DNA of 64,000 nucleotides, taken from an uncultured Candidatus Saccharibacteria bacterium (GTDB lineage: Bacteria > Patescibacteriota > Minisyncoccia > UBA6257 > Colwellbacteraceae). The position numbers and the translations under genes were made by a program. The DNA is taken from assembly GCA_964643135.1 (NCBI GenBank), contig CAZXPC010000003.1:6152-70151 (forward strand), written 5' to 3'. This document shows, piece after piece, positions 29,150 through 37,581 of this stretch; within the stretch, counting starts at the first letter, position 1, and every line of letters begins with the position of its first letter. Under the pieces are notes generated by a model. The model did no database searches, had not been told where the DNA came from, and saw nothing but the letters and a program-made list of their open reading frames with translations.

Positions 29150-29337
29150 ATAAAAAATAAAAACGAACAGATTGGTTTATAATTGGCCAGTTTCAGAGTG
29201 TCTGTCTGCACGCTGGGGCCAGGGTTGCACGCCATTAGGCTTGCGAACTTAGCTATAGACTATCTTAAAGATGTTTCAATGGCAATAGACTTGACAGAAG
29301 TAGTCGTATATATTAGTCTCCATCTTGGAGAAATAGC

Positions 29338-29862
29338 ATGCCAAGTCCTAAGCCAACACGGGTACAACTCATCGTTGGAGTTCGCGAGGGTCGAGGCCGA
29401 GACACGGCATTCATCGGGGAACGACCCATTGGGGATCCTTGGCCAGGCGGCAATCGGATCCTGGTCAGCTGCTTACTCAGGGGTGACGACGACAAGAGTC
29501 TGCAGGAAGCCCTCTGGGAGGGGGTTGAGCAACAGCTCGGGAGAAAAGAAGCATACTTTCTCCGCGAGATCGCCGGCCGCGCCATCTTCGAAGTAGGTGG
29601 TTCATCGGGTGAGGAGGAAGTGATGAACTTTGGCCTCTGGCTCGACGAACATGAAAGCGAAGTGTTCGAAGGGGTCTGCGAACGAGACAATCGCTCTCTG
29701 CGTTTGATCGACGAAAGGGACATCGAGCACGCGCTGAACCTCCTCAACTTCGGCAAAGAGAAGGGGGTCTCGAGCGACGAAACTCGAGATGATATCTCCC
29801 TTCTTCCCGATGACAAGGAGGCTCTCTTGAGCTTCTTCGATACCGAGCCGATCGATCCATGA
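29338..29862 (+). CDS. Hypothetical protein (174 aa) in a high-GC islet, preceded by a TTGACA-17-TAGTCT promoter
   Basis: ORF in a segment of about 58% GC. Promoter-like element at 29291-29319. Overlapping antisense ORFs also exist here, which is typical of high GC. Confidence 0.4.
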   Translation: MPSPKPTRVQLIVGVREGRGRDTAFIGERPIGDPWPGGNRILVSCLLRGDDDKSLQEALWEGVEQQLGRKEAYFLREIAGRAIFEVGGSSGEEEVMNFGLWLDEHESEVFEGVCERDNRSLRLIDERDIEHALNLLNFGKEKGVSSDETRDDISLLPDDKEALLSFFDTEPIDP

Positions 29863-29988
29863 AGTCGCAACCCCAATAGTCCCTCGATTCTCGCGAGTGT
29901 TCGTTGCCAAACGGATTGCTTGCGAGATTTTTTATTCAAAAAAGCGATTGATTTTGCTGCTTTTTTAATATAGTATTATCCCTACTAA

Positions 29989-30555
29989 ATGATTATTACT
30001 GTTTCGGGCAATAAGGGTGTTCGATGCCAGGTTTCTGACTCTGTTTTGGCGGTTGATCCTGAGAAGGGCGCTCGCGCGGGCTCCGATATTTTGGTTTTGA
30101 GAACATCGAAGGAAACTCCGATTGAGGCGATGGACACAGCCGAAATTATCGGGGCTGGCGAGTATGAAATCAGCGGCATTAAGGTTAACGGCGTCCAGCT
30201 CGACAAAGAATCTAACGCCAAAAAAATCCGCACGGCTTACTTAGTTGTGATGGACGAAATCAAACTCGCTTTTTTGGGAGATTCTTTGAACGCCGACTTT
30301 AGTGAAGAAGTTCTGGACGCGCTGGGCGACGCCGATATTTTGTTTGTGCCGGAAGCTAACAAAGACTTCGATGTTAAAAAAATTGCACACATGATTAAGC
30401 AGATCGAACCGCATGTGATAATTCCCTTGAACGACAAGGCAGCCCTGGAATTAGCGAAAGAAATCGGCCAAAAACCTGAAAAAATGGAGAAATTGGTGAT
30501 CAAGAAAAAAGAATTGCTCGAAATGAATTCCAAGCTCATTGTCATAAATTCATAA
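29989..30555 (+). CDS. Hypothetical protein (188 aa), possibly a degenerate metallo-hydrolase-like fold
   Basis: ORF immediately upstream of gyrA. No clear catalytic motif. Confidence 0.45.
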   Translation: MIITVSGNKGVRCQVSDSVLAVDPEKGARAGSDILVLRTSKETPIEAMDTAEIIGAGEYEISGIKVNGVQLDKESNAKKIRTAYLVVMDEIKLAFLGDSLNADFSEEVLDALGDADILFVPEANKDFDVKKIAHMIKQIEPHVIIPLNDKAALELAKEIGQKPEKMEKLVIKKKELLEMNSKLIVINS

Positions 30556-30558
30556 AGT

Positions 30559-33072
30559 ATGGCCAAACAAAAAGACGAAAAACCGAACAAGAACGAAGGA
30601 GAGCCCAAAGAACAAAAGCCTGTTGGCCAAGTTCGGAGCCGCGAAATCACGACTGAGCTGCGCGAATCATATTTGGATTATGCGATGTCGGTTATTGTCG
30701 GCCGCGCACTGCCAGACGCGCGCGACGGCCTGAAGCCGGTTCACCGCCGAATTTTGTGGGCGATGTGGGACAGCGGTCTTACTTCGACTGCGAAATTGCG
30801 AAAGTCGGCCAACGTGGTGGGTGACGTTTTGGGCCGCTATCATCCGCACGGCGACCAGTCGGTTTATGACGCGATGGTCCGCATGGCGCAAGACTTTTCG
30901 CTTCGGTACCCGCTTATTGCCGGCCAGGGTAACTGGGGTTCGATTGACGGCGACAACGCGGCGGCAATGCGTTATACCGAATCGAAAATGTCGAAGATTG
31001 CCGAAGAAATGCTTACTGATATTGACAGGGACACGGTGGATTTCATTCCCAACTACGACGCTTCGCGAAACGAGCCGTCAGTTTTGCCCGCTAAAATTCC
31101 GAACCTGCTTTTGAACGGCTCGGACGGCATTGCGGTTGGCATGGCCACCAAAATTCCGCCGCACAACTTGGGTGAATTGGTAGACGCGACAGTTAAGTTG
31201 ATCGATGACCCGGAAGCGACTTCCGAAGATTTAATGGAGCATATCCAGGGCCCCGATTTCCCGACGGGCGGAATTATGTATAACAAAAAAGCGATTACCG
31301 AAGCCTACGTAGCGGGCCGGGGCAGCATTACCGTACGCGCGGCGAGCGAAATTTCGGAAAAACGCATCGTAATCACCGAAATTCCTTACCAGGTTAATAA
31401 ATCGGAATTGATTGTTAAAATTGCCGACTTGGTCCGCGACAAAAAGATCGAGGGCATTAAAGATTTGCGCGACGAATCCGACCGCGAGGGCTTGCGAATC
31501 GTGGTTGATATGAAAAACGACGCCGTGCCGCAGAAAATCTTGAACCAGCTTTTTAACCAGACTGATTTACAGAAAGATTTCCACATGAACATGCTCGCTT
31601 TGCGGGACGGGATTAACCCAGACGTTTTGTCGATCAAAGATTTCTTGTCGGTTTTTATCAGTCACCGGCAGAATATTGTGCGGCGCCGTGCCGAATTTGA
31701 CCTCAAGAAAGCCAAAGAGCGCGAACATATTTTGGAAGGGTTGGTGACCGCTCTGGATGCGATCGACCGAATCATTGCGACGATTAAAAAGTCAGCCGAC
31801 AAGGAGGAGGCTCACAAAAACTTGATGAAAAGTTTCAAGCTGTCTGATTTGCAGGCGACCGCCATTTTAGAAATGAGGCTGCAAGCTTTGGCGGCCTTGG
31901 AGCGGGAGAAAATCGAAGATGAATTGGCCGAGAAGCGAAAGATTATCGCCGAACTAACCGCCCTTCTTAAGAGTGCGGCCAAAATTTTAAAAGTTATTAA
32001 AGACGAGCTCACGGAAGTTAAAACAAAATACGGCGATCCGCGCCGGACTAAGCTCGTGGCGGGCGGGTTGAAGGAATTTAAGGCTGAAGACTTGGTGCCT
32101 CAGGAAGAGACGATTATCACCATGTCGGCTGACGGCTATATCAAACGTTTGCCGCCCAACACTTTTAAAGTCCAGAAGCGCGGCGGGAGCGGCATTATCG
32201 GCACCGATGTCGATGAAGCTGATGCCCTGGCCTATTTCTTGCGCGCCAAAACCCACGACAACATACTATTTTTCACCGACAAAGGAATTGTGTTCCAAAC
32301 CAAAGTTTATGAAATTCCGGTTGGTTCCAGAGTTTCTAAGGGTAAATCTATTCATGGGTTCTTGGAGATCCCGGCTGATTCGAAAGTGAGCGCGATTGTG
32401 ACTTATGAAACTGCCAAAGCCGGGAAAGACAGCAGTGTTCCCAAGGATGCTAATGCGGCGCTGGCAATGGTGACCTCCGAAGGAGTGATCAAGAAAACCA
32501 AGCTGGGAGATTTTACTAATGTTCGCCGCACCGGCATTATCGGCATTAAGTTAAGAGCCGGCGACGCGCTCAAGTGGGTTAAATTGGTTAAACCAAAAGA
32601 TGAGATCATTCTAGCGACTCGGTTCGGCCAGTCGATTCACTTTAAAGAATCAGACGCGCGAGAAATGGGTCGGGCAGCTTCCGGAGTGCGTGCCATCAAC
32701 TTAAAGAAGGGCGACCACGTGAGCTCGTTTGATGTGATCCAAGCTGGTGAAAAAGCGAATCTACTCGTCGTTATGGAAAATGGTTTTGCTAAACAGACTA
32801 AGCTTTCAGAATACAAAGTCCAGAACCGAGGGGGCAGTGGCATTTCGACGGCTAAAATTACCGACAAGACTGGTAAGCTGGTATCATCGCACGTTATTAC
32901 CGATCAAACCGAAATGATTGCGATCTCAGTGAAAGGCCAAATTATCAGAACCGAAATTAAGAGTGTTCGCCAAACCGGCCGATCGGCCCAAGGAGTGCGC
33001 ATCATGCGCCTCAAGCCCGGCGACAAGGTGGCCGCCACGGTTTGCTTAGCTAAGACTGACACGAAGGAATAG
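30559..33072 (+). CDS. gyrA: DNA gyrase subunit A
   Basis: [14 protein letters not shown]. Active-site Tyr region AAMRYTE. C-terminal beta-pinwheel repeats. Length is 837 aa. Confidence 0.95.
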   Translation: MAKQKDEKPNKNEGEPKEQKPVGQVRSREITTELRESYLDYAMSVIVGRALPDARDGLKPVHRRILWAMWDSGLTSTAKLRKSANVVGDVLGRYHPHGDQSVYDAMVRMAQDFSLRYPLIAGQGNWGSIDGDNAAAMRYTESKMSKIAEEMLTDIDRDTVDFIPNYDASRNEPSVLPAKIPNLLLNGSDGIAVGMATKIPPHNLGELVDATVKLIDDPEATSEDLMEHIQGPDFPTGGIMYNKKAITEAYVAGRGSITVRAASEISEKRIVITEIPYQVNKSELIVKIADLVRDKKIEGIKDLRDESDREGLRIVVDMKNDAVPQKILNQLFNQTDLQKDFHMNMLALRDGINPDVLSIKDFLSVFISHRQNIVRRRAEFDLKKAKEREHILEGLVTALDAIDRIIATIKKSADKEEAHKNLMKSFKLSDLQATAILEMRLQALAALEREKIEDELAEKRKIIAELTALLKSAAKILKVIKDELTEVKTKYGDPRRTKLVAGGLKEFKAEDLVPQEETIITMSADGYIKRLPPNTFKVQKRGGSGIIGTDVDEADALAYFLRAKTHDNILFFTDKGIVFQTKVYEIPVGSRVSKGKSIHGFLEIPADSKVSAIVTYETAKAGKDSSVPKDANAALAMVTSEGVIKKTKLGDFTNVRRTGIIGIKLRAGDALKWVKLVKPKDEIILATRFGQSIHFKESDAREMGRAASGVRAINLKKGDHVSSFDVIQAGEKANLLVVMENGFAKQTKLSEYKVQNRGGSGISTAKITDKTGKLVSSHVITDQTEMIAISVKGQIIRTEIKSVRQTGRSAQGVRIMRLKPGDKVAATVCLAKTDTKE

Positions 33073-33372
33073 CCGCCGCCTCCAACCACAGCCTCTTCGG
33101 GTAACATAATAAATCTGCTGAACCTCGCCCTACCCTCATCCCATTCCGGGAAACACAATAATTTCTTGCTAGAAATTTTGTTTTTGCTCACCCGTCTTCA
33201 CGGGCTTGCGCAGATTCCCTTCATGGAACAAGGTCGGGCTTATCTATATAGCCAGAAGAAATCCAATCTATCCTGATGGGATTCGCGGAGCCGTGTAGGC
33301 GAGCGGATACAAAATCCCTAGCAAGGGATTTATGTTGTTCCCTGAAGGGTAGATTGGATTTCGGAGGCGGGA
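33073..33372. repeat. Copy B of the modular intergenic repeat. A full-length element of about 300 bp, equivalent to 49164-49445 in inverted orientation, with its central core equal to copy A
   Basis: The ends (CCGCCTCCAACCACAGCCTCTTCGGG... and ...GGGATTCGCGGAGCCG.GT.GGCGAGC..CCCTGAAGGGTAGAT.GGATTTCGGAGG) match the reverse complement of 49164-49445. The centre, 33124-33243, matches the reverse complement of 5823-5941. Confidence 0.8.
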
Positions 33373-33411
33373 TTGTTTTCTGTCATCACAAAATACGATA
33401 TACTGAATACT

Positions 33412-34701
33412 ATGCAAATGACCAAACCTCAAATCGCTATCGTTGGCACAGTTGCGGCGATCTTCCTTCTTCTCGGCTTAGCTTTGATTTTCGGACGCAA
33501 AAGCGGTCCGGTTGCGCCTCCGCCTAAAACTCAAATTAATTTCTGGGGTTTTAAAGCCGATGAAAGCGCCTGGAAAAATGTCATTGATGCTTATTCAGCA
33601 GCCAATCCCACTGTTAATGTGACCTTAACCTCGGTTGACCCCGCTAATTACGAAGCGACCTTGATCGACAGCCTGGCCGCCGGAACGGGCCCCGACGTTT
33701 TTATGTTCTACTATGACTGGCTCACCAAGCACAAAAATAAAATTTTGCCGGCCCCAGCCACCATTACGCCGGATATGATCAGCAATCTTTTCCCCAAGGC
33801 GGTGGCTGAAGATTTTGTCTCCGACAGCCAAGTTTATGCCCTGCCGGTTTCTATAAACACACTCGCGCTGGCGTATAACCGCGATTATTTTGATGCTAAG
33901 GGAGTGCCTAATCCGCCCGCGAGTTGGGAAGACATAAAAAGCATGATTCCGAAACTTCGCGAATTAAATAACGGCAAAATTGTGAAGTCGGCCATTTCGA
34001 TTGGCGGAAGCGAGGACGGCCAGGGTCACATAAAAAACGCCGACGATATCCTAACTCTGATGTTGCTGCAAAACGGCGTTAATATCTTGGGCAATCCGCA
34101 GAACGGCGGCGGCATCGAGTCCCAGCCGGGGATCGATACGCTGAATTCATATTTAGATTTCTCGAATCCCTCATCAAAGAATTTCGCTTTCTATAGCGGC
34201 ACGACCGAAAATTCGCTTGACGCTTTTGCGAACGGCGACACGGCTATGGTTTTCGTTTACCCGCAGGATTTGCAGTATATCAAGTCTAAAAATCCGGTAC
34301 TGAACTATAAGGTCGTTCCGATGCTGCAATTGAATCCGAATAAGGCAGTTAATTTGACCGATTATTGGGGGCTAGCTGTTTCAAATCGAACCGCCAGCCA
34401 TGCTTCGGCCTGGAGTTTTATTTCCTTTGCCGCCATGAATGAGGCGATGGCTAAAACTTACGCTTCAACGTCGCAAAATCAGCCGGCTTTGCGGTCGGTT
34501 ATCGCGAGTTTCAACCCGGATCCGATTTTGGGCGTATTTGCGCCGCAGGCCCTGAACGCGGTGAGCTTCCCGAAAAATAACCGCGACGGTTTTCGCGCCA
34601 TTATCGACAATATGATAGAATCATCTTTGAAGGATCGCTCTAACGTTGCCGCCGCAGCCGCTACGGCTGATGCAGGGCTGAAGAGCGCGATTCAAAAATA
34701 G
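33412..34701 (+). CDS. Extracellular solute-binding protein (ABC transporter SBP family 1), orphan
   Basis: N-terminal TM/signal segment. SBP_bac_1-like pattern (INFWGF...LAAGTGPDVF). No permease or ATPase genes adjacent. Confidence 0.75.
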   Translation: MQMTKPQIAIVGTVAAIFLLLGLALIFGRKSGPVAPPPKTQINFWGFKADESAWKNVIDAYSAANPTVNVTLTSVDPANYEATLIDSLAAGTGPDVFMFYYDWLTKHKNKILPAPATITPDMISNLFPKAVAEDFVSDSQVYALPVSINTLALAYNRDYFDAKGVPNPPASWEDIKSMIPKLRELNNGKIVKSAISIGGSEDGQGHIKNADDILTLMLLQNGVNILGNPQNGGGIESQPGIDTLNSYLDFSNPSSKNFAFYSGTTENSLDAFANGDTAMVFVYPQDLQYIKSKNPVLNYKVVPMLQLNPNKAVNLTDYWGLAVSNRTASHASAWSFISFAAMNEAMAKTYASTSQNQPALRSVIASFNPDPILGVFAPQALNAVSFPKNNRDGFRAIIDNMIESSLKDRSNVAAAAATADAGLKSAIQK

Positions 34702-34702
34702 A

Positions 34703-35119
34703 GTGATGTTAAACTTTCTAATCAATATTGCTCACGCTTTTGATCAGCCCACCGGGAGCATAGTTACTTGCGGCCCGGCTGATGCGTCGGGTCATTATCC
34801 CAACGGCAATTACACCGGGCCTTGTGACGCCGGTGCTTTTTGGGGGCTCGTTAATACACTTATAAATTACGCAATTTGGATCGGTATTGTGGCGGTTGGC
34901 TTGTCGGTAGTATTCGCCGGGGTGATGTTTTTGACTTCCGCCGGCTCGGGCGAGAAGACCAGCGCTGGGAAACGCGCCGTAACAGCCGCGGTTGTCGGCC
35001 TAGTTATAACTTTGACCGCTTGGATAATTGTTAATACAATTATATCGTTCCTGTTGCCGAACTGTACTGGGCATTGGAATATATTCAATAATGGGACCAG
35101 CAGCCTAACATGCTCTTAA
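34703..35119 (+). CDS. TrbC/VirB2-type T4SS pilin-like protein, paralog 1
   Basis: Two hydrophobic helices separated by the short polar loop TSAGSGEKTSAGKR. Cys-containing N- and C-terminal tails. Same architecture as the next three ORFs. Confidence 0.6.
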   Translation: MMLNFLINIAHAFDQPTGSIVTCGPADASGHYPNGNYTGPCDAGAFWGLVNTLINYAIWIGIVAVGLSVVFAGVMFLTSAGSGEKTSAGKRAVTAAVVGLVITLTAWIIVNTIISFLLPNCTGHWNIFNNGTSSLTCS

Positions 35120-35541
35120 AATTAATAAATAAAACTAGATATCTTTGGCTGGTCTTAGTCGGCTGGGCAGTCCTGCCGGCAGCCTTGGCCGCGGGGACAA
35201 CTTTTTGCGACCCCATCGCGGGCTGCAACGGAACTTCCACGACTATTCCGGATCTTTTAGTCAAGATGGCCAGCTACCTGACTATTCTGGCTATTCCGGT
35301 TTTGGCGATCATGATTTTGTACGGAGCTTTTACCATCATGACTTCCGAAGGCAACAGCGAGCATTATAAAAAGGGGCAGAGGATTATTGTTTACGCTATC
35401 GTTGGTTTCGTGATCATCGCGATCGGCGGCGGAATAGGATATATCATTAATGATATTTTGACCGGCGGGCCGGCGGCTAACCCTTGCAGCCAATTCGTAG
35501 TCGGATCGCCGCAATATAATAGCTGCATAGTGGCTCATTAA
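35110..35541 (+). CDS. TrbC/VirB2-type T4SS pilin-like protein, paralog 2
   Basis: Signal peptide ending AALAAG. Helix-loop(TSEGNSEHYKKGQR)-helix core. Cys pairs at both ends. Confidence 0.6.
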   Translation: MLLKLINKTRYLWLVLVGWAVLPAALAAGTTFCDPIAGCNGTSTTIPDLLVKMASYLTILAIPVLAIMILYGAFTIMTSEGNSEHYKKGQRIIVYAIVGFVIIAIGGGIGYIINDILTGGPAANPCSQFVVGSPQYNSCIVAH

Positions 35542-35559
35542 GGAATCAAAGCTAAACTT

Positions 35560-35925
35560 ATGAAAAAATATTTAATTATTCTGAGTCTGCTGGCCGCACT
35601 TCTGATTGGTTTCGCCCCCAGCGCCCTAGCGGCTGACTGCGAGTATCCGGCGACCCAGGTTATTAACGGACAAACGGTGCCGTGTCCCATCAGGCATCTT
35701 TCTGGCTTCGTAGATTTTCTGACCACTATTTTCAATATCTTTTTCGCGCTAATGATTATTGCCGCCTCTTTCACTTTTGTTTATGCGGCCTTTCTCTACA
35801 TCACTTCCGAAGGCATGATGGAAGAAATCAGGAAGGTTAAAAGAATGCTGATCTACGCTATGATCGCCCTCGTTATTGCCGTTTTCGCCTGGGGGTTGCC
35901 GAGAGTTATTATAAGCTTTCTCTAG
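35560..35925 (+). CDS. TrbC/VirB2-type T4SS pilin-like protein, paralog 3
   Basis: Signal peptide ...PSALAADC. Helix-loop(TSEGMMEEIRKVKR)-helix. C-terminus WGLPRVIISFL. Confidence 0.65.
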   Translation: MKKYLIILSLLAALLIGFAPSALAADCEYPATQVINGQTVPCPIRHLSGFVDFLTTIFNIFFALMIIAASFTFVYAAFLYITSEGMMEEIRKVKRMLIYAMIALVIAVFAWGLPRVIISFL

Positions 35926-36050
35926 GTTGTCCTATATCTATTTCTTTACGGCCCAAGTGACTTATGCTAATATTTCAAGCAATGGAAAGGTCGAGTTTTA
36001 AAGATTATTTATCCGGACTTTTTAGATTAAAACAGATTAAAAAAGATAAA

Positions 36051-36413
36051 ATGAAGAAATTAATACTTTTGTCAGTTTTAGTGTTGGGACTTTTGGCGGT
36101 TGCGGCTGCACCTAGCGCTTTGGCGGCGGTTGGCTGTCCTTTGCCTCCTTGCGGTTCTGACGTCAGCCCTACGACTGGACCAGCTTTTACCGACTTGATC
36201 CAGACTATTTTTAACGTAGTTTTCGGCATCTTGGTAATAGTGGCAGCATTCTTTTTGCTTTTTGCAGCTTTTGAATACATCACTGCTCAGGGCGAACAGG
36301 AGAAAATCCACAAGGCTAAGAACACAATTGTCTACGCGATTGTCGCTCTAGTTGTGGCTATTCTAGCCTGGGGTCTTCCGAGAGTTGTGCTCAGCTTCTT
36401 CGGCGTTCACTAA
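36051..36413 (+). CDS. TrbC/VirB2-type T4SS pilin-like protein, paralog 4
   Basis: Signal peptide ...PSALAAVGC. Helix-loop(TAQGEQEKIHKAKN)-helix. C-terminus WGLPRVVLSFF, near-identical to paralog 3. The ORF-track start at 35964 is an upstream extension. Confidence 0.65.
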   Translation: MKKLILLSVLVLGLLAVAAAPSALAAVGCPLPPCGSDVSPTTGPAFTDLIQTIFNVVFGILVIVAAFFLLFAAFEYITAQGEQEKIHKAKNTIVYAIVALVVAILAWGLPRVVLSFFGVH

Positions 36414-36435
36414 TATATCAGCGAAAGTTTCAGAA

Positions 36436-36470
36436 AACTCCCCGAGATTCGGGGAGTTTTTGGTTGCTTT
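36436..36470 (+). terminator. Rho-independent terminator (CTCCCCGA-GATT-TCGGGGAG followed by TTTTTGGTT) closing the pilin array
   Basis: 8-bp stem plus a U-tract. The hairpin core is the same as the terminator at 14390-14415. Confidence 0.75.
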
Positions 36471-36523
36471 GTAGGGCCATATGTGTAAAGCAGAGGCGCC
36501 AAAGCTGTATGGCATATTTTATT

Positions 36524-37286
36524 TACGATCGTGAACATAGTGTATCTTCTCGAGTTTCTGGCTAATTTATTTTGAGCGGCTGTTTTTCACTGCAGATTCC
36601 TTGCCTGCCGGTTCTTCATTTTCTATTTACTATATTTATATATTATCTTCACGATCGTGAAGATAATATATGTGTATGAGGGGAGATCTAAAGAATAAAA
36701 TTCTAGAAAATATTTTGGAGACGGCCATTTCGCCCGCAGAACTATTTGAGGCTGTGATCAGGGCCGGCTATGGTGCATCTGTGCGTGGAATTGATTGGCA
36801 GCTGGAGAAGGTTAGAGCTAGAAGGCAAGATGTTTTAAATATCTTGGCCAAGAAGAAAAGTTTCTACAATACTCTCCAGAGGCTAAAGAGGGATGGTTTG
36901 ATTGAAAGATCGGGCAAGGGCTGGATAGCGACTAAATTAGGTCGAGGGATCTTTACGGTCTCTGATAACAGGCCTTCCCGATCGGCATATCCATCGACAG
37001 AAAAGACCAGCTATACAACGATTATCATATTCGATGTGCCAGAAACGCATCGATACAAGCGCGATTGGCTGAGAGATAGCCTTAAAAATATGGGTTTCAA
37101 GATGGTTCAAAAGAGTGTTTGGTCGGCTCAAGTTAAGATTCCACGCGCTTTTATAGATGATTTAGAAAGTTTTGCTCTTATTGACTGCGTCGATATATTT
37201 CAGGCGACCAAGCTTGGCTCGCTGGCTAAATCCTAAAAAAACTTAAATGATTAAGATCAATATATATTATTCACGATCGTGAGAAA
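36524..37286. promoter_or_regulatory. Three copies of the palindromic operator TTCACGATCGTGAA bracketing the gene 36670-37236
   Basis: Sites at about 36526-36539 and about 37272-37285, plus the extended perfect 22-bp palindrome TATCTTCACGATCGTGAAGATA at 36645-36666. The extended copy overlaps a GATAAT -10-like hexamer 4 bp before the ATG. Confidence 0.7.
36670..37236 (+). CDS. Winged-helix (PaaX-N-like) DNA-binding domain fused to a C-terminal Cas2-like domain; putative autoregulator
   Basis: N-terminal half (..SFYNTLQRLKRDGLIERSGKGWIATKLGRG) looks like a wHTH. C-terminal half (TIIIFDVPETHRYKRDWLRDSLKNMGFKMVQKSVWSAQVKIPRAFIDDLESFALIDCVDIF) follows the Cas2 core pattern [YF]D[VI]..R.R..L...G.R.Q.SV[FW]...D.V.I[FY]. 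Palindromic sites flank the gene. Confidence 0.6.
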   Translation: MCMRGDLKNKILENILETAISPAELFEAVIRAGYGASVRGIDWQLEKVRARRQDVLNILAKKKSFYNTLQRLKRDGLIERSGKGWIATKLGRGIFTVSDNRPSRSAYPSTEKTSYTTIIIFDVPETHRYKRDWLRDSLKNMGFKMVQKSVWSAQVKIPRAFIDDLESFALIDCVDIFQATKLGSLAKS

Positions 37287-37374
37287 ATATATCAGAGTGG
37301 CGGGATTAGCTTTCCTTGAAGAGAAAATATTCTGTTGCTAAAGAGTCCCTAGATTAGTATTATGGGTTGGTCAT

Positions 37375-37455
37375 GCTGAGGTGGTGAAATGGCATACACG
37401 CGGAGCTTAGGACTCCGTGCCGTAAGGCGTGCGGGTTCAAGTCCCGCCCTCAGCA
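37375..37455 (+). tRNA. tRNA-Leu (anticodon TAG), class II with a long variable arm
   Basis: Acceptor GCTGAGG/CCTCAGC. 3-bp D stem. Anticodon stem CGGAG/CTCCG, loop CTTAGGA. Variable arm TGCCGTAAGGCGT. T-arm GCGGG-TTCAAGT-CCCGC. Confidence 0.85.
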
Positions 37456-37556
37456 CAAGGACTTGAACGGGAAAGGGGTCGGGAAAACGGGAGTTTTCCC
37501 GTGGCGGAAGTATTGAAACCGCTGGGTTTCAAGGAGCGAATGCTTAATGAGCGACG

Positions 37557-37581
37557 TTCAATTGCCCGCCCTCAGCACATA
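37557..37581 (+). repeat. Direct repeat of the 3' 25 nt of tRNA-Leu (23/25 identical), 100 bp downstream of the intact gene. att-like remnant
   Basis: TTCAATTGCCCGCCCTCAGCACA here versus TTCAAGTCCCGCCCTCAGCACA at 37433-37457. A strong 9-bp hairpin (CGGGAAAAC-GGGA-GTTTTCCCG) lies between them. Confidence 0.7.

Noticed and set aside
29313-29939. Minus-strand 208-aa Ser/Arg-rich ORF overlapping the 29338-29862 ORF
   Set aside because: It is a shadow frame in a high-GC islet. The plus-strand ORF has a promoter-like element directly upstream. Neither is certain, but the minus frame has no start context.
37460-37556. Possibility that the 100 bp between tRNA-Leu and its 3'-end repeat is an intron or a second tRNA
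   Set aside because: No cloverleaf could be folded for a second tRNA. Only the T-loop and acceptor 3' half are duplicated. The intervening sequence is dominated by a single 9-bp hairpin. The intact tRNA is continuous, so an intron is excluded.
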